Assembly: GCA_030141605.1 (NCBI GenBank)
Contig: JAQGDQ010000075.1
Location: 620,001 to 684,000 of the forward strand
From: Tubiluchus corallicola
Lineage: Eukaryota; Animalia; Priapulida
DNA length: 64,000 bases
Reading direction: 5' to 3'
Below the pieces are notes generated by a model. The model searched no databases and was not told the origin of the DNA. It was given only the letters and a program-made list of their open reading frames with translations. Below, piece after piece: positions 1 through 14,453 of the stretch. The translations under genes and the position numbers were made by a program. The first letter of the stretch is position 1, and each line of letters opens with the position of its first letter.

Positions 1-320
1 ACAATTCGAAAGCCAGTGTCCGGCATTCAACAGCGGGTCCTACTCATATTAGTTAATCGTAGCGAGACCAGAATGCGACTCGTTATCAAAGCTATACCTC
101 TAAAATGGGCCACTGCATTGGCAGTTGTGTCTCAGCCATGTCCTGATGTGTGTATATCCTGCCTGTATGAGGTAAGCAACTCAGATCCACGTAGGGAATG
201 AAACAGCCCAAAATGAGAATTGAAGCTATTCGTATCAACTCCCTAACAAACCTTAGTGCCATCTTAACTTCGCTAACTAGGATAACGATGGTATCATTGG
301 GCTACACATCTCACTGCAGT
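1..320 (-). mobile_element. Degenerate SINE-like repeat with 5S-like A-box
   Basis: Reverse complement of about 20-70 (CTGGTCTCGCTACGATTAACTAATATGAGTAGGACCCGCTGTTGAATGCCG) matches about 62495-62544; GCGAAGTTAAG resembles the 5S A-box. Confidence 0.35.
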
Positions 321-521
321 AGAAACTTTTATATAATCTAGCAGTTCTTTATTGAATTCAGGCAATTTTAATTTTAAGGCAGACATTAGCCATGCGTTTT
401 ATTATAGTTACTTGTTGCTTTATTTGCTGTTGAATTCTGTACCCTTGATTTGCAATTGTCAGTGAACATGCATAAGTTTGTCTAATTTTAGCTACGTATA
501 ACTGAGAAAGCCATTTTTCAG

Positions 522-2971
522 GCCGCTAAAGGAGCGCCGGAAGTTCTTACATGAAAACATGAATGAAGTTCCAAATAGGATTATGTTTTCTGAGATGAAA
601 TTCATAAATGTGAGTATTATTTGAACCGTTGTCTGTATAGTTTGTTGCATTTATTAGATGTGTAAATTTTTCTCTGTGAAGACAAATAGTTACAACTATT
701 TAATTCATTCTACTTGCTTTAAGAAGTTGTATAATGACACTTGAATCGATTTTAAAGCGTTGGTTGAACATTTTACAATCCTATGATAGTGTTTTCACTG
801 CTGTTTATCTATTATAAGCCATCTCATTCTTATTTAAGAAGCTGCTTGTATGTTTAGTGAAACTGTATTGATTCTCTGGCTTCTCTGCATAGCAGCACAG
901 CTTAATTGGTACCATAGAAGAACTTCGAAACTAACAAGAATAATTGGTTTAGATTTAAGAGAGATTAGCATGCTTAGAGAGAGATTACTAGATCCGCTAC
1001 TAGATTAGCATGCTTAGAGAGAGATTACTAGATCCGCTACTAGATTACTAGACACTAGACAATTACTAGACAAAGAGTGTGACAAACAATGGCTGCCATG
1101 TTCATCTACATACAAAAACTACATTTGACTGTTAAGCAAACAGAGCTCTTAAGTGACAAACTTTTAAAGTATTAATTGAGCACTTAAGCCCATTGTCTGG
1201 TCCAGTTGAATCAATATTCTTTTTATTTTGCAGTTATTTTTACTAGGTTTCTTTGTGCTACTTTTTTAAGAAAAATGATTTTTGTAGTGCGGGCCAACCA
1301 GTCAAGGTCAGTGACTATCCCACTAAAATTTGCATTGTACATTGTCCAAGCTTAGTTTTTGAGCTCTTCACAACTTTTGAGTTGTAATTGACCTTTATTC
1401 CACTAATACCTAGTATAACACATTGTGTAAGCCACTGTGGCCAATTTTCTCAATGAATTCTATACCCCGATTAGGTACTACAGGTTACCTTTTGGTTGCC
1501 CTCTGTCAAATAAATTTTTAGTAATGTATTTTAACCTAGTCTTATGGTTTTGTGACTGACTTACCACCTTACCTGTGTGAGTGCTTCGTACCAGCTTTCA
1601 CAGCTCCGTCATGGGCATAGGAACATTATTCGTTTTATTTTATTCTTGCAGTTTTGTTAGTGCTTCTCTGCCTGTTTTTAAACAAGCATTTATGTTTGCT
1701 GACTCATATGGTTAAGGTCTAAGACTTGACCTTTGACCTTTAAATGCCAGGCATCAATACAAAAAAATACCGTCTTTGAAGTAGCTGCTTTGTCAGTTTT
1801 GGTGAACTAATTTGACTATCAGTTAGTTATTTAATTCAAAAGCTTAAATAAACCATTACCTGCCTATCTTAGCCTTTTAACCTAAAGCCACTGCCCACCT
1901 ACTATAGCAGCACATGGGCAACTTTCTTGTGTGACTATTTTGTAGAATTAAAATTGAGGCCTGCTTGAGCCCCACTGAGTGAGCTGAGACAACCAATTTA
2001 AATAAGTAAATTTATGCCTCATAAATGGGTCATCCGTATATATAACGATATCAAATTTAAGATAGGTAGGTGGCAGGAGACGCAATAACGTCATTATAAC
2101 GCAAGGTAGGTAGGTGATTTAGTCATTCATATGTGAGTGCGAGCAGCAGATAACACTACGAGGGTGCAGCCATTTTGCGCTGATCCCAGCAGGCTGCCAT
2201 TTTTTGTCAATTTCTTGTTTCGTAGTCTTGGTTCACTGTGTTTCTTTGTGATAAACTTCCTCAATCGCAAGCTCAGCTAAAAAATGTGCTATAACTTTCC
2301 CCAGATACATACCATTTGTGAATTTGCACACTGCCTAGTACAAAAGCTACATCGGTGTGATATCGATAACAATATAAGGGGTAGGTACGTGTTGGGGCAT
2401 ATAATAATGCCATAATAATGCAAGTTAGGAAAAGTCTTTGAAATCAGTTGAAAACTTGATATCGTTATAAGTGGGGGGGGGGGGGGGGGCTTAAATCCTT
2501 ACAATTTTGCGACATTTCAAAACTGTCATTTTTCTGTTTCGTCCTTATCGTGCCTTAACCACACATTCCAAAGCCTTTGGAACAGGTAATAATATTTCAT
2601 GTAATCATTCAGTACAAGTTGACCTTATGCACGTGCCATATTGACGATATGCATTAAAAGTGCTCATTTATGTGTCTGCAACATAGCTGAATGCTTATCA
2701 TCACTCCTAACCAAAGAGGGGTTTTCATTATCTTCTTGAGACCATTTGTGCAAAAGTTTAATGAGAAATACATGACATTCTATTGTCTATCTAATGCTCT
2801 TCTTGTCTTATCATTGTAGAAATTCTCTGACTTGAAGGACATGATGGTTCGTGTTATCAGAGAAGGACTGGAAGGACTTGTGTTGAAGGATGTTAATGTA
2901 AGTAAATTATCATTAGTTTGTTTGTCTCTTTGTTTGCGAATTCCAAATACTGCTAAATTATTATTATTATT

Positions 2972-3018
<47 letters not shown>

Positions 3019-6000
3019 TATTATTATTTAACACATGCCATCACAATTTAATTCGATTAAAGATTATTATGTTTTTAGTTAAATCTAGTGTAGATAAAAT
3101 TATTGTTTTGTTTTGCTTTATTTTGTTTAGGGTATATATGAACCAGGGAAAAGGCACTGGTTGAAAATGAAGAAGGATTATTTAAATGAAGGAGTAATGG
3201 CTGATACTGCAGACCTAGTTGTGCTGGGTGCGTACTATGGTACCGGAAACAAAGGTAGGCATGTTTCTGTACATGACATCTTTAATGAGCCCTAAAATGT
3301 TTGAAAGTGCTGTAGGCATGTGTATGTGTGATGTAATTTTTCCTTGACGTCACATCTATCTTGATCTTGAGTTTAGCAACATTTCTCAATTCTGTACAAT
3401 GCACAAACAAGCTAGTTAGTTTGAACACTGGGCGATTTGAAGAAATATAATAATGGTAAGAAAGATGTGCTTTCAGAAATATAAATATCTCCATGGCGTT
3501 TTTTCATTAGAACTATGGCTGAGGTGAAAAACATTAGAAATCCAGAGAAAACTAAAGTACTCAGCGATATCACATAATTATCTAAACTCACCAGAATAAG
3601 TATCTATTCCTTACATTAGGAGTTTGGTATGGTTTTTTTCAGCAACAGCTTATTCACGCTTCTTTCCATTCTTGCATGAGCTTTTAACTTAATTTTGGCA
3701 AACAGTATAACTTTCATAATTTCAAATGGTTTTATTTAACAACTATTGCTTGAATAACCTGTTTTTCTCACATATTGTTTCTAACAAGTTATATAACATT
3801 TAAAGATGTTGCTTGTTTTGCTTTGACAGAAAATTATTGTGTACAAAAGACCATAGAATTTACATTCTGTTTAAACGTACTATGAAAATGATCCCACATG
3901 GTTTGAAAAGACTGCCCTGACATTCCAGAGCTCTCTGAGCATTACATTATAATCCACTTTGGTTAAAGCAAACTTCTTAACTGGTAAGAATGTAATTGGC
4001 TGATTATTGACACCTATTATAAATTCGATACAAAAATGATTACCATGATTATAGTGGGAACTATAGTTTTAATAATAATTTTGTTGCAATATTGTATTGA
4101 TAAACAAATATTAAACCTGACAATGATAGCTTTTACATTCTGAAGCAAACAGTTTCTCTCTTTCAAAATAATCTAGAAATAAATTCCCAATTTCTGCTCA
4201 AATTGCTAAAATCTGCCATTCAATGTTGGATTGATTAAAATCAGCTGATATGCATAAATAACATGTGCTTGCGACAAACATATTTATGAATTTAGGTGAA
4301 TGCTTTACTGTCCTTTGGTAAGGATGAATATGATGTAGTTGCGAGAATAAATGTAATATTTATTTTCAGATATAGTGTCTATAAACTGTAAAAAACATGC
4401 ATGTATGCAACAGTCTTGTGTTCTGTGTCTGGCTTAGCTACTGCTGTCATATTGTCATTTCCTGAAACTTTTAGGTGGGCTCATGTCTGTCTTTTTAATG
4501 GGTGTTTATGACCAGCAGACAGGAAAATGGTGTACGGTTACCAAATGCGGCAACGGACACGATGACAAAACAATTGAGCTTCTGAACAAAACATTACCCA
4601 TGACCAAGATCAGTAAAGTAATTATGTTTTTGTTACTTCTGTTGTTTCTTGTTTGCCTGCTGGTAGCACCTTAATTAACCTTTTCACTAGTAGTAGCTTT
4701 TTAACTGGGCCGCATTGACTTTTATGTATTTGACAATAACTTTTTTTGGTGTATTACTAAAACAGAATTTTGTAAGTAAACAAATAGTTGTTTGTTATTA
4801 AACACTAATACTGAGTATTAGTTTTATTTGTGTACGTGTGCACACATGCAATCACTCAGGCACTCATGCATGTCCACTACCACACATATAAACTCGTACT
4901 TATACTTAGAAACCAATTTTCACAAAAGTCGTAATAGTAATCCGATTTATACAATTATTTTATAAAAATGCAGAACAAGTGACTAAACATACATTTCACT
5001 AACCATCATCAAGTCATCTTGCATGGGAACATACACAACATGGTACAGTATTGTGGAACGCACATGGTCTCAGGCACTGATTGGCTTGTTAGCATTACTT
5101 GTTGCAAAGCAACCACAATCCCTTGGCTGTTACACTTTTCTACGATATTTTCTATGGCCGTAGCAGCAAAATAAATAGGCTTGGGTGACTGCGCTTACTG
5201 CTCAGCTCGGGCGGCAGTCTGCTGCCTTCTTTCCTTACATGAAATATGTAGGCAGCAGTATGCCGCTTTCCGTAGTGAAAGGCTTAATGAACAAATAGGA
5301 GACAAATATTCTTATGGTTCTTTTGCAAATAATAAAATCACATTTTATGTGATTTGCTAGTTTTTTTATTTACCGATATGATCATCAGTGCATCAATTAC
5401 TTTGAAATGTTAGCAATGATAAGTACTTCTCAGAAAAATGCATTCAAAGTGAGAAAAGATGGGTGAGCTTTCACATACTTTCACATAGGTCAAATCCTAA
5501 CCTCGAAAATTTGTCTTGTATGCATGCATTCTTAGTGTACACAGATCTCAAATTACTAGGGGCGTGTTAACCACTAGGCTAACTGGATGCCAGATTTTTA
5601 GGAGCTTAGTGTTAAAAAAATTATTTTTGTAGTTCTTGAAAAATGTGTATCCTTGTATATTTTGTAAGAGCGTAATCTGCATGATTAGTTTTGAGCATAT
5701 ATTCAGAGTATTCTGACTATGATTATTAATTTGTTGCTGAACCAGATAAGCTAGCTTCAGTCTGGCAGCTTTCAGTAAGGCTATCGAAAAGTCGTAGCAC
5801 ACTGCTTATATAATACAGATGTTAACACTAGATCGACTATTGGGACAATTAATTGACCTAGTTTACCATTAATTGATTGTGAACTGTTAATTTTACAATA
5901 TGAAAAAGTAGGAGTCTGTTACTTGGTGATTTTTCCAACTTTTTACCAACTCCATTATAGTACTTCAAGTGCATAAACTGTTTATGTGTTTTATAAATCA

Positions 6001-9000
6001 CCATTGTACACCAATGCCTGTTGGGTCTTTTCCTTCCTTTAGAAATAAACAACTAAGTTATTGCAGGTATTTATTGCAAATGTTTATGCTGACAGTGTGT
6101 TTTCACTTTCAACTAATATTTTTTACAGTTAGGAAGCTAAACTCTCTAACGAACATGCAAAAATGACCAAATATTTTTTTTTGCTAAACATGTGACAAGC
6201 TTCATACCATTTTGTAGATCATTTCAAGCCCTGCAAATGCTGGTATAGTTTTGTTTTTAACATTAATTGCTAGCTGTGCTAATTTATAAGAAGTAATTCA
6301 AATTTGCAAAAACTGGTCAATATTTAAACAAAATATACAGCACCCAACTTTGAAGTTTCAGCTAATTTCAGCTGCATTGAAACAACTAGTTTAGTACCTG
6401 TTTGCAAAAAATAAAAGGATGTATGCGTTATGTAGAACTTGGTTACCGGCTATACCTTTCTGGAGTAAATGAAACTGACCTTTCTTGGCCATATTGCAAA
6501 ATTTACACTACACTCTCTACTTGCATTCTTGCAATGCAGGAAATGCTTTCACCTTACTTATTTGTTCGGTGATTAGACAAGCTCTGTCACATGATTTACA
6601 ATTTACCCACATTGCCTATAATGATATATGGAGTCTACGGGCTTTCCTTGGCACACATTTACATTTGTTTGCTTACGATGATTTCCTATGTCAGCTTTTA
6701 AGTGTTAATTGGAAACAGATAATTAAATTGCTACATTCGGCTTTTATTTTGTATTGCAGGATGTCAATAAAGTTCCAGGCTGGCTTAAGATCAACAAAAC
6801 CCTGGTACCTGATTTCGTGATTTCGAATCCAAAGGTAGCGCCAGTGTGGGAAATCTCGGGTGCAGAATTTAGTCAGTCAGAAGCTCATACAGCTGGTGGT
6901 ATTTCTATACGATTTCCACGAGTTACCCGTATTCGTGAAGACAAAGACTGGGAGTCGGCTACAAATCTTGACCAACTAAAGGTAAAAATTGTTTTTGTTT
7001 GTGTTTGTGTGTTTTGCTGCCTTGACGTTAGCTTATAAAGTTTGAAATTTGAGTAGTTATTGAGGCTTTGCAATGTAAATCACAGAACGTTTGAATTTTT
7101 AAGGTTGAAAATGAGGATTGTGCAGTTTTGATTTACGGTATTTTGCAATTTTTAGGTGTTGTTCAAAAAGTCGAAGGAAACGTCCGACATTTCTGATCTC
7201 ATGGGTGGCCGATCGCAAACAAACAGTGCAAATTCTACAGCTAATAATAACACAAATACCAGTTTATGTAAGGTAGGCTTCGCAACGCATTCGTTGGTCT
7301 CTGGTTCAAATGGACGGAACATTCATACTTCGCCAAAAAATCAACAAGGAACCTCTTTTCAAGGCAAAAGGGAATTGTCACCCCTTTCTAAGGTAGGTGT
7401 ATTGATCAGAAACTACACTGCAGCACTGCTGCTCTGTAGTTGTTAGATTTAGTGTAGCTATAAATTTATAAATATAAGCTTGTTACTATGAAATGTATTT
7501 TACTAGTGCTGTCCCTATTTTTAATACGTATTGATGTTTATAAATTTTTCTGCTATTATACCAAATAAATTAGGCCAAAATGACTCTCATTCAGTAATAA
7601 TGTTAAGTGTAATTCAGTGTCTTACCACCATATGTAAAGAGATTTCTACAGTAGTTTTCTTCATTTTTTGTGTTGTATTTACATTTTGCTTATTGTGAAT
7701 TTTTCTTTTAATGAAATCAGTGTAGTTAACCAGTAATGTGTAACTTCACTTTTAGACCATTTTAAAACCTTAGACTGCTAGTTGTTATTATATTGTTTAA
7801 TCTGTGCAAGTCAAAACCACTTATTAAACCAGATTACTTTTTATGTTTATCTAACTGTATTTCTTTTACTAAGCTCTGTAATAGAGCTAATTGCACCCAG
7901 AAATGGCGATGGAAAGCACGATGGAAAACGAAGCCATATTCCTTTATCAAGTGTTCTTTTGCATAATTTTTTTCGAAACTGGTTAACACATATTTACTTT
8001 TTGGAATTGAATGTAGAGATATTAACTTTTTATTTACAAAAATATTGTGTTGTTTTTTTGTATGGTCAAAAGATGTTTATTTTTCGGGTAATATGTTTGT
8101 AATTGTACACATGTATGTTTGCAACCCAAAACCGTCCATAAGTCGGCATAGTTAAAACTATGTTATGATGCTAAAAAGTAGAAAGCACCAAAAATTTGGT
8201 CAAATGTCGATTTTTTATTTTTTTTGAAAACAAATGCTGATATGCTAATATATTGAACTTTTATATTCTGGCATCAAATTATCAAGAAAATGTCTAAAAA
8301 CTACTAAAAATCTAATTTTATAATTCCTTACCCATTTTTCCGTCTAGAAACTAGTACTGTAATTGTAAAAAATTTGTATTTTCTGACTCCGATTGTAGCT
8401 CGTGTAAGCAGCCATTTTGCTTTGTTTTTTTTTCTGTTGACAAGACCAGATCTTCGTCAGGAAGAGTCATCTACTGGACTTAATCGTAACTTCAATTTGC
8501 TTGTGTCAAATCCATAGCAATCACACTTTCGTACGGTTGCTAAGTGTTTTGTAGAGACACGACAAAAAACAATGGCTGACTTTAACAGCGTTTTATTCAA
8601 GATTACATTTTTCAGTGCGTAGCCTGCACCTCAACTTCAACGTGGATTATCTCAGCTTGGAAATAACATAGAGTGATGAGCTTGGTATCAAAATGATCCT
8701 CACGAATAACTGGAAAATAACTGTGAATAACTGGAAAAGCTTAATTGCCGACTTATGGACGATTTTGCTATGCAAGCACGCATATAGCAAAATTTTAATG
8801 CTGTGTGTTTTACCAGGTGATCACTAGATGCCACCAGCAACCCTTAAATGATTGGAAATGATCTTTGGCATTTCTTCCGATGCTTGTTATGTGCATTTTT
8901 ATCAGAAACCTTACATTTGAGTTAACTAACAATTCTGTGAAGTGTTTTTATATTTAGAGGCAACTCAAAAAAGTAATTGCCTAGTGAAATATGTATACAT

Positions 9001-12000
9001 AGCATTTCCCCCAAAACTTTCTCACTGATGCAAGCGTTCGACATGCAAGAATGGCAGCTTAACCATGTACAACAATGACTGTAATTCAGTGATAACTTCT
9101 ACAAATTTTTATTTTAGTATACTCAGCTAATGAAAAATTTCAACAAAATTTGACATTTTATGTTTAACTAGTGATGTAACATTAATTAGTATGTACAAGG
9201 AGTAAAATTTATGTCCTTGGTAATTTTCAGAAGAATGAAGATCCTTCAGCACCCAAGAGTAGTAAAAGCAATGTTCAGCTACCAAGTTCAGTAAGTATTA
9301 CATTGTATCTTTCAGATGTCTTTAATGAACTCACACATTTTTAGAATTGTTACAAGCATTTAATCTTGTTTCTGTGCATTGCTACAAAGAAAATTTTCAA
9401 GCATAGCCCATAGTACTGTGAATTAACACTGAAGTTGTATCATTGGCCAACTATGGAAACTGAATCATGTTATATAAATATGCAGCAGATGTCAGGTTGT
9501 GTATTTTTTCTTGGTATAACCTTATCTTACTATCTTGTCAGATATTGAATTTGGTCCTTTGAATACCAACAAAACCCATACATACGATAGGAAACCCATC
9601 CTTTGGTTATATTATTATATTTGACATGATACAATTTGATAATGAATGTTTTAGCAAACATACAGTTACAGTTATTTTTAAATGAGGAGTAGCGTCTAAT
9701 ATTTGTCATAACTAATACTGCTAATTATAAGACACGAATGTTATAGAAATACATATTAATTTATTATATTTTCTGTCAGCCATGACAGTGAGTGGCAGTT
9801 CTTACCAACATGTCAAAACACACACACACAAAAACAAGCTAGCAGATGTATTAACTACTTTTTAAGTAACTTTACTTTCTAGTTTGTTTTCTTGCTTTCT
9901 TGATTGATTGTCTCACAGACTGACTGTGTGACTAACTAACTAGCTACTGACTGACTGACTTACTGACTGTTTTGCTGACTGGCCAACTACAGGCTGATTG
10001 GCTTTCTGAATTATTAAGGGACTAACTATCTTTTCCCCCTAGGAATTTCTAACCAGTCTTAAAAAGTACTTTTAAAAGATCTTAAATAGCCATTTAATTT
10101 TCAGTGATCACAAAATATTTATATCGTAATTGCATTTGATGTATGTATAGGCATTTTGATTTGCTCAGCATTTAAATTTAAGTAAACGAGTGGGCATTTA
10201 TAAATTGCTGTTTTCATTTCTAGCTTTTATTAAACATTCATACTGAAATTAATGTAACATTATTATCAATTTATATAAATGTTGCCTTCCACTTGTCATA
10301 AATTTCCGCTGTGTAAACTCAATTTTGCCAGAAATCGATTACTATCCCACAAAATGCCATAAAATCCCACTTGATGTGACGACGATAGAGCTATATTTTT
10401 CTTGTTATGTATATCAATGAAATGACGGAAGTAACTGAGTGGTCTCAGTATGTACTTAGTTGCAAAATTAAGCAACATCAACAACTGGTTAGATAACGGG
10501 TGGCCATTTTTCAAATATAATATTGTACATCCTATTTTGCATTTTGATGGATGATGTATATAAATATACATACATAACTAACATCTCTGATGTTGGAGGA
10601 TTATATTTGATAATAAATTAGATTCCAGGCCTGCCATAGACATGCACATTTTAAGCCCCTCTATTGAGTGCACAATTACAGCTTGCAGATTGCCAAACTG
10701 TATTTAAAAAAATCATTATTGTTTATAAATCTGGCATGCATTATCCCTAATGTCTGATTTGTCATTTATTTTATGCAGAATACTCAATATACTGGATTCA
10801 TTTTCAAAAATTTCATGTAGGAATACTTAATCTTTGAAATTGAGTATTTACATTTAACGGGGATGATTTCCTTTCCCAAAACTTTGTGCAGGAAGATAAA
10901 AAATAAATGCAAATGTTTCTTATTGCTTTTTTAGTCTTAACTTTAAACTAAACATACTGTTAAGCAGAAATCCAACTTTGCTTAGCTGAAATAAGTTAGG
11001 ACTTACGCAAACTACAAATACGATGATCATTGGGCTTTGTTTAAATTAGGTTACTGTTACACTTGGCTCACAAACAGAAAATCTTAAGCTATACAGCATA
11101 AAAAGTTTAACATTTCTAAAACACAGGATATAACTACCTTCTCTTTGGTTCTTTTCGTCATTAGTTTCATAACTGCAAACCTCTTACTTTGTTTATATCA
11201 TAGATTCTCAATTTGTAAGTAGTTGTTATCATTTTCCACTTTGGGTAAATATTTCTCATCCTAGTAATTCTGTTGGTCATAGTGCTACTGTCATTATTTA
11301 ATATCACTTCAAATGTATTTTTTCATATCTGCTTTATTTTGTAAATATCGTGGATGATTGTGTATTTGCAGAATTAAAGAGCTAAATGTAATCAATAAGT
11401 CAGATCTTTCTCAAACCACATATAAATGTCTCTAAGAAGGATGTTTTGGAACCTCAATTCAGATTGCCGGAAAAAAAATTAATCTTTACCATTTTGAATT
11501 TCTGCTTAGCTTAGTTCATATATGAATAACAACTTAAACTATTTTGTATTAAATAATAATTTTTTATTATGCTTTCAGAGTCCCATGATAATGCAGTCTT
11601 GACTGAATGTACATTATTTATGTTATTTATGCACTTAGGGAATTTTTAATATGTTCGTCATTAAATCTTCAAAAGTTACACTTGCAAATTATTTCCAGAC
11701 TCTTTTCCCATGAAATTACATGAACATAGTGAGTTTAAGCAGGACCAATCTACAATGTAAATTGAGCTATTAGCAAGCCCCTGTAGAACACCATGATTAC
11801 ATTAACCAATTGCAAACCGTTTTCATTATCACCAATAGGCTCGTGTGGCAAACGTTGTTGAACAAATAGCGCCATTCTCGCAGAGCCATACAAATGTAAG
11901 AGTCCCGTCTAAAAATATGCTTCTCTTGTCCATTATTAAGGCTTATGACAGAATGAGAATCTTGTTGGACTTTGGGTTATTAAGGACGATAATTGAAACT

Positions 12001-14453
12001 GGGGATTTGGATCGTTGAGAAGATTGAAGTTTTGCGAACATCGTCGAGGGGACACCGCTGAACGATATTTCCAGATTGCCATAAAATCGACATAAAGATT
12101 GAAATAGTTATTCTAAAGTGCAAAAATTCTCTCCAGACGATGGTTATGTTCAGCTTGGAACATAAAAGTGCTGTATTTATTATGCAAAAATCCATGGCAT
12201 ATTTCTGTGAATTATATTATGGCTCAATGAAAACACAAATTGCGAAACATATATTTGATATGAAGTGCAATACTAACTGTTGCCTACTCTTCGACAGAGG
12301 CTCCCATGTAGCTTTTTACAGGGTGTCACTTGAAAACCAGAATATGCAAAAAAATGGCAGTGATGCCTGGAAAATGACTCCATTGAGTGTGTTGAATCAT
12401 GTTGCTTGTCTATTCACTTTTATTTATGGAACTAAATACAGAATTAGTAAGTAGTCAAGGATCCCACAGTCACGTTAAATTGCTAGTTTATATAGTTACT
12501 GAAAAATGAAAGATGACCAAAAGTGAGAATAAATAGACAGATTTAGACGTTTTTGAGGAACTTACCAGCAGTTTTGATGTGCCAATTTGCAGTTTGTCAG
12601 GCTTCGCTAGATTAAGGCAGTTAAGCAGACCAAAGCATTTTGAGCCTTTGTCAATGAGGCGCACTGTGCAGGTCTTTTGTAATGTGTATAGGATTCATAC
12701 TTGTGTAAGTTTGGCTTCAGCAGTGGTTTCTTTGCTGCTAGCTAGGGCAGATAATCAGATTGCAAGCATATGGGTGCAACTTACACATTTTCCATGCTGG
12801 TTGATGCCTAGGTAATAACAGTCCTGGTATGAAAATGGAAGGCTTTACTACAGGGAAGTTAAATACCTGCATGCACTCTATCAGGTTTGTTACACAATGC
12901 CACTTGCTCCTTGTTTATCTTATGTGCAGTAGAAGTTATTTAAAGGGATGAGTAAAAGAGGAAATTTTGTATTACAGGTTTTGCCAGATGTGTTCAGAGG
13001 CACGAAGGTTTACATAGCCCCCAATGTTGACAGATATAGTGAAATAAAAAGATACATCATAGCGTATCCTTCATGCAACTTTTAAATGATTGCTTTTTAA
13101 ATTTATGTTCATGTGTTCAAATGTGTACATAAAGTCATCCGTGTATGAAAAATATAAAAACATGTCCTGCAAACATCTGAGGAAAAAATTGTGCAGAAAA
13201 ACTAAGTGCAGACGTGCTTACGTGGACAAAACGAAGCGGTGGACAACGCACCCATGTTTATGATTTAAAAACATAGTTTTGATTTGTGAATCTAACATTA
13301 ACTGTACGGGGTTTTGCACACATCTTTCTTTATTTCATAAGCAGTCACGTATGCTTAACATGGATTAATCCTGTTGCATATAAAATTGACATTTTAATGT
13401 AGTGAGAAGTTCTGCTGCTTTTGCACATTCATCTTTAACTAAAATGTTTAGCTACAATGGTGATGTTTTGTCTGAGTTCGAGACTGACAAAGCCACACAC
13501 TTGGTGATGAATCCTGTAAGTATCCCATCTGTATGATGTATATGTTCGCTGGTGCTTTTTGTTTTACCAGCATTTTAATTCTTTTTCACCCTTTTTCCTC
13601 AACTGTTTTATATCTGTAATGTTTAAGGATAACTGGCGATTATGAAATTGTGCTGCCCTTATTTTTATTAAGTCTGGATAATGTGACCACTAAACTCTGC
13701 TGCTTCTTTATTAAGGGTACATTTGAAGAAGTTTCTAAAGAGCTGGCATTTATGATGAATCATTATTGTGTTGCACAATGATAAATACTAATCAATATTC
13801 TGGCATTTGGACCAGAGCAACCAGATTTTTAATATGACCATAATTCCATAGTGGCGACAATTGTATCATATCGAAAATAGCCTCAGGCCCTGTCAGTTTT
13901 TCAAAATTAATCATGACGAAATCTAAGGCGTTGACACTATAATGTAATGTTTTTCGAGCCGACATTTAGGGCCAAATTTTTGGATACGACATAATTTGAT
14001 GTATCAGAAATGAGCATTTTGCTGAAATATTTGTATTTATTTCATTAATATGAGAACAGAATCAAGTAACTGTATAAAAGTGATCAAAATCAGATATCCT
14101 ATAAAATGACTTGTATCAAAGAACCCATTATGCATAAATTATTCTAATTATCTGTTATAGGTTCTTGGTTGATACTCTATAAATGTTTGCAAGATTTATT
14201 TGGCTTTTTTTTTATTGGATCATTTCTCCATGTTTTTGTTCATTCCATTTTCTTTCCGTAAATATTTTTGTAACAATTGTGCATTTCATTTTTTTATTAT
14301 GAGTGCATTAGAAGTAACGGAAGTACATTAAAAAAATTTCAGGGCACGAAGAGCAAATTTGAATGCAAAGCTGTGCAAGTGACATCAGATTGGGCTTGGG
14401 ATTCCATTAAACTGGGAAAACTGCAGCCATGCAGGAACTATCCCATTATTTGA
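522..14453 (+). CDS. LIG3: DNA ligase III, 5'-partial; exons 522-609, 2820-2897, 3131-3254, 4475-4617, 6760-6981, 7156-7392 (or 7156-7272), 9231-9290, 12978-13063, 13452-13515, 14343-14453
   Basis: Exons have AG/GT boundaries and join in phase. Translation: [35 protein letters not shown] (ligase motif IV), [16 protein letters not shown] (motif V), [55 protein letters not shown] (OB fold, motif VI), then a C-terminal BRCT domain [13 protein letters not shown]...RYIIAYNGD...DWAWDSIK ending at TGA 14451-14453. Closely resembles vertebrate LIG3-alpha as recalled. The linker exons (7156-, 9231-) are less certain. Confidence 0.95.
961..1070. repeat. 40-bp tandem duplication with ACTAGA subrepeats
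   Basis: AGATTAGCATGCTTAGAGAGAGATTACTAGATCCGCTACT occurs twice in tandem. Confidence 0.85.
2041..2469. mobile_element. MITE-like non-autonomous DNA element
   Basis: Perfect 14-bp inverted termini TATAACGATATCAA (2041-2054) and TTGATATCGTTATA (2456-2469). Confidence 0.45.
2957..3029. repeat. (ATT)n/(ATC)n microsatellite in a LIG3 intron
   Basis: Visible compound trinucleotide repeat; explains the poly-D and poly-S ORFs. Confidence 0.95.
4679..5283. mobile_element. piggyBac-like non-autonomous element
   Basis: TTAA on both sides (4675-4678, 5284-5287); imperfect inverted termini CCTTTTCACTA and TAGTGAAAGGC. Confidence 0.55.
8111..8783. mobile_element. Non-autonomous DNA transposon with about 45-bp TIRs
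   Basis: TTGCAACCCAAAACCGTCCATAAGTCGGCA at the left end is inverted relative to TGCCGACTTATGGACGATTTTGCTATGCAA at the right end. Confidence 0.7.
11830..12900. mobile_element. Highly decayed DNA-transposon remnant (THAP-like on +, SWIM-like on -)
   Basis: + strand about 12260-12430: C..NC...FYRV...CL.HF-like with a frameshift. - strand about 12650-12830: DCYY...[13 protein letters not shown]. The opposed arrangement recalls ISL2EU/Kolobok-type elements. Confidence 0.3.
13064..13451 (+). other. U12-type (minor spliceosome) GT-AG intron in the LIG3 BRCT domain
   Basis: Donor GTATCCTTCA (U12 consensus RTATCCTT); branch-like TCTTTAAC at 13432-13439, about 13 nt before TTAG at 13448-13451, with no pyrimidine tract between them. 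Splicing restores RYIIA|YNGD in frame. Confidence 0.85.
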
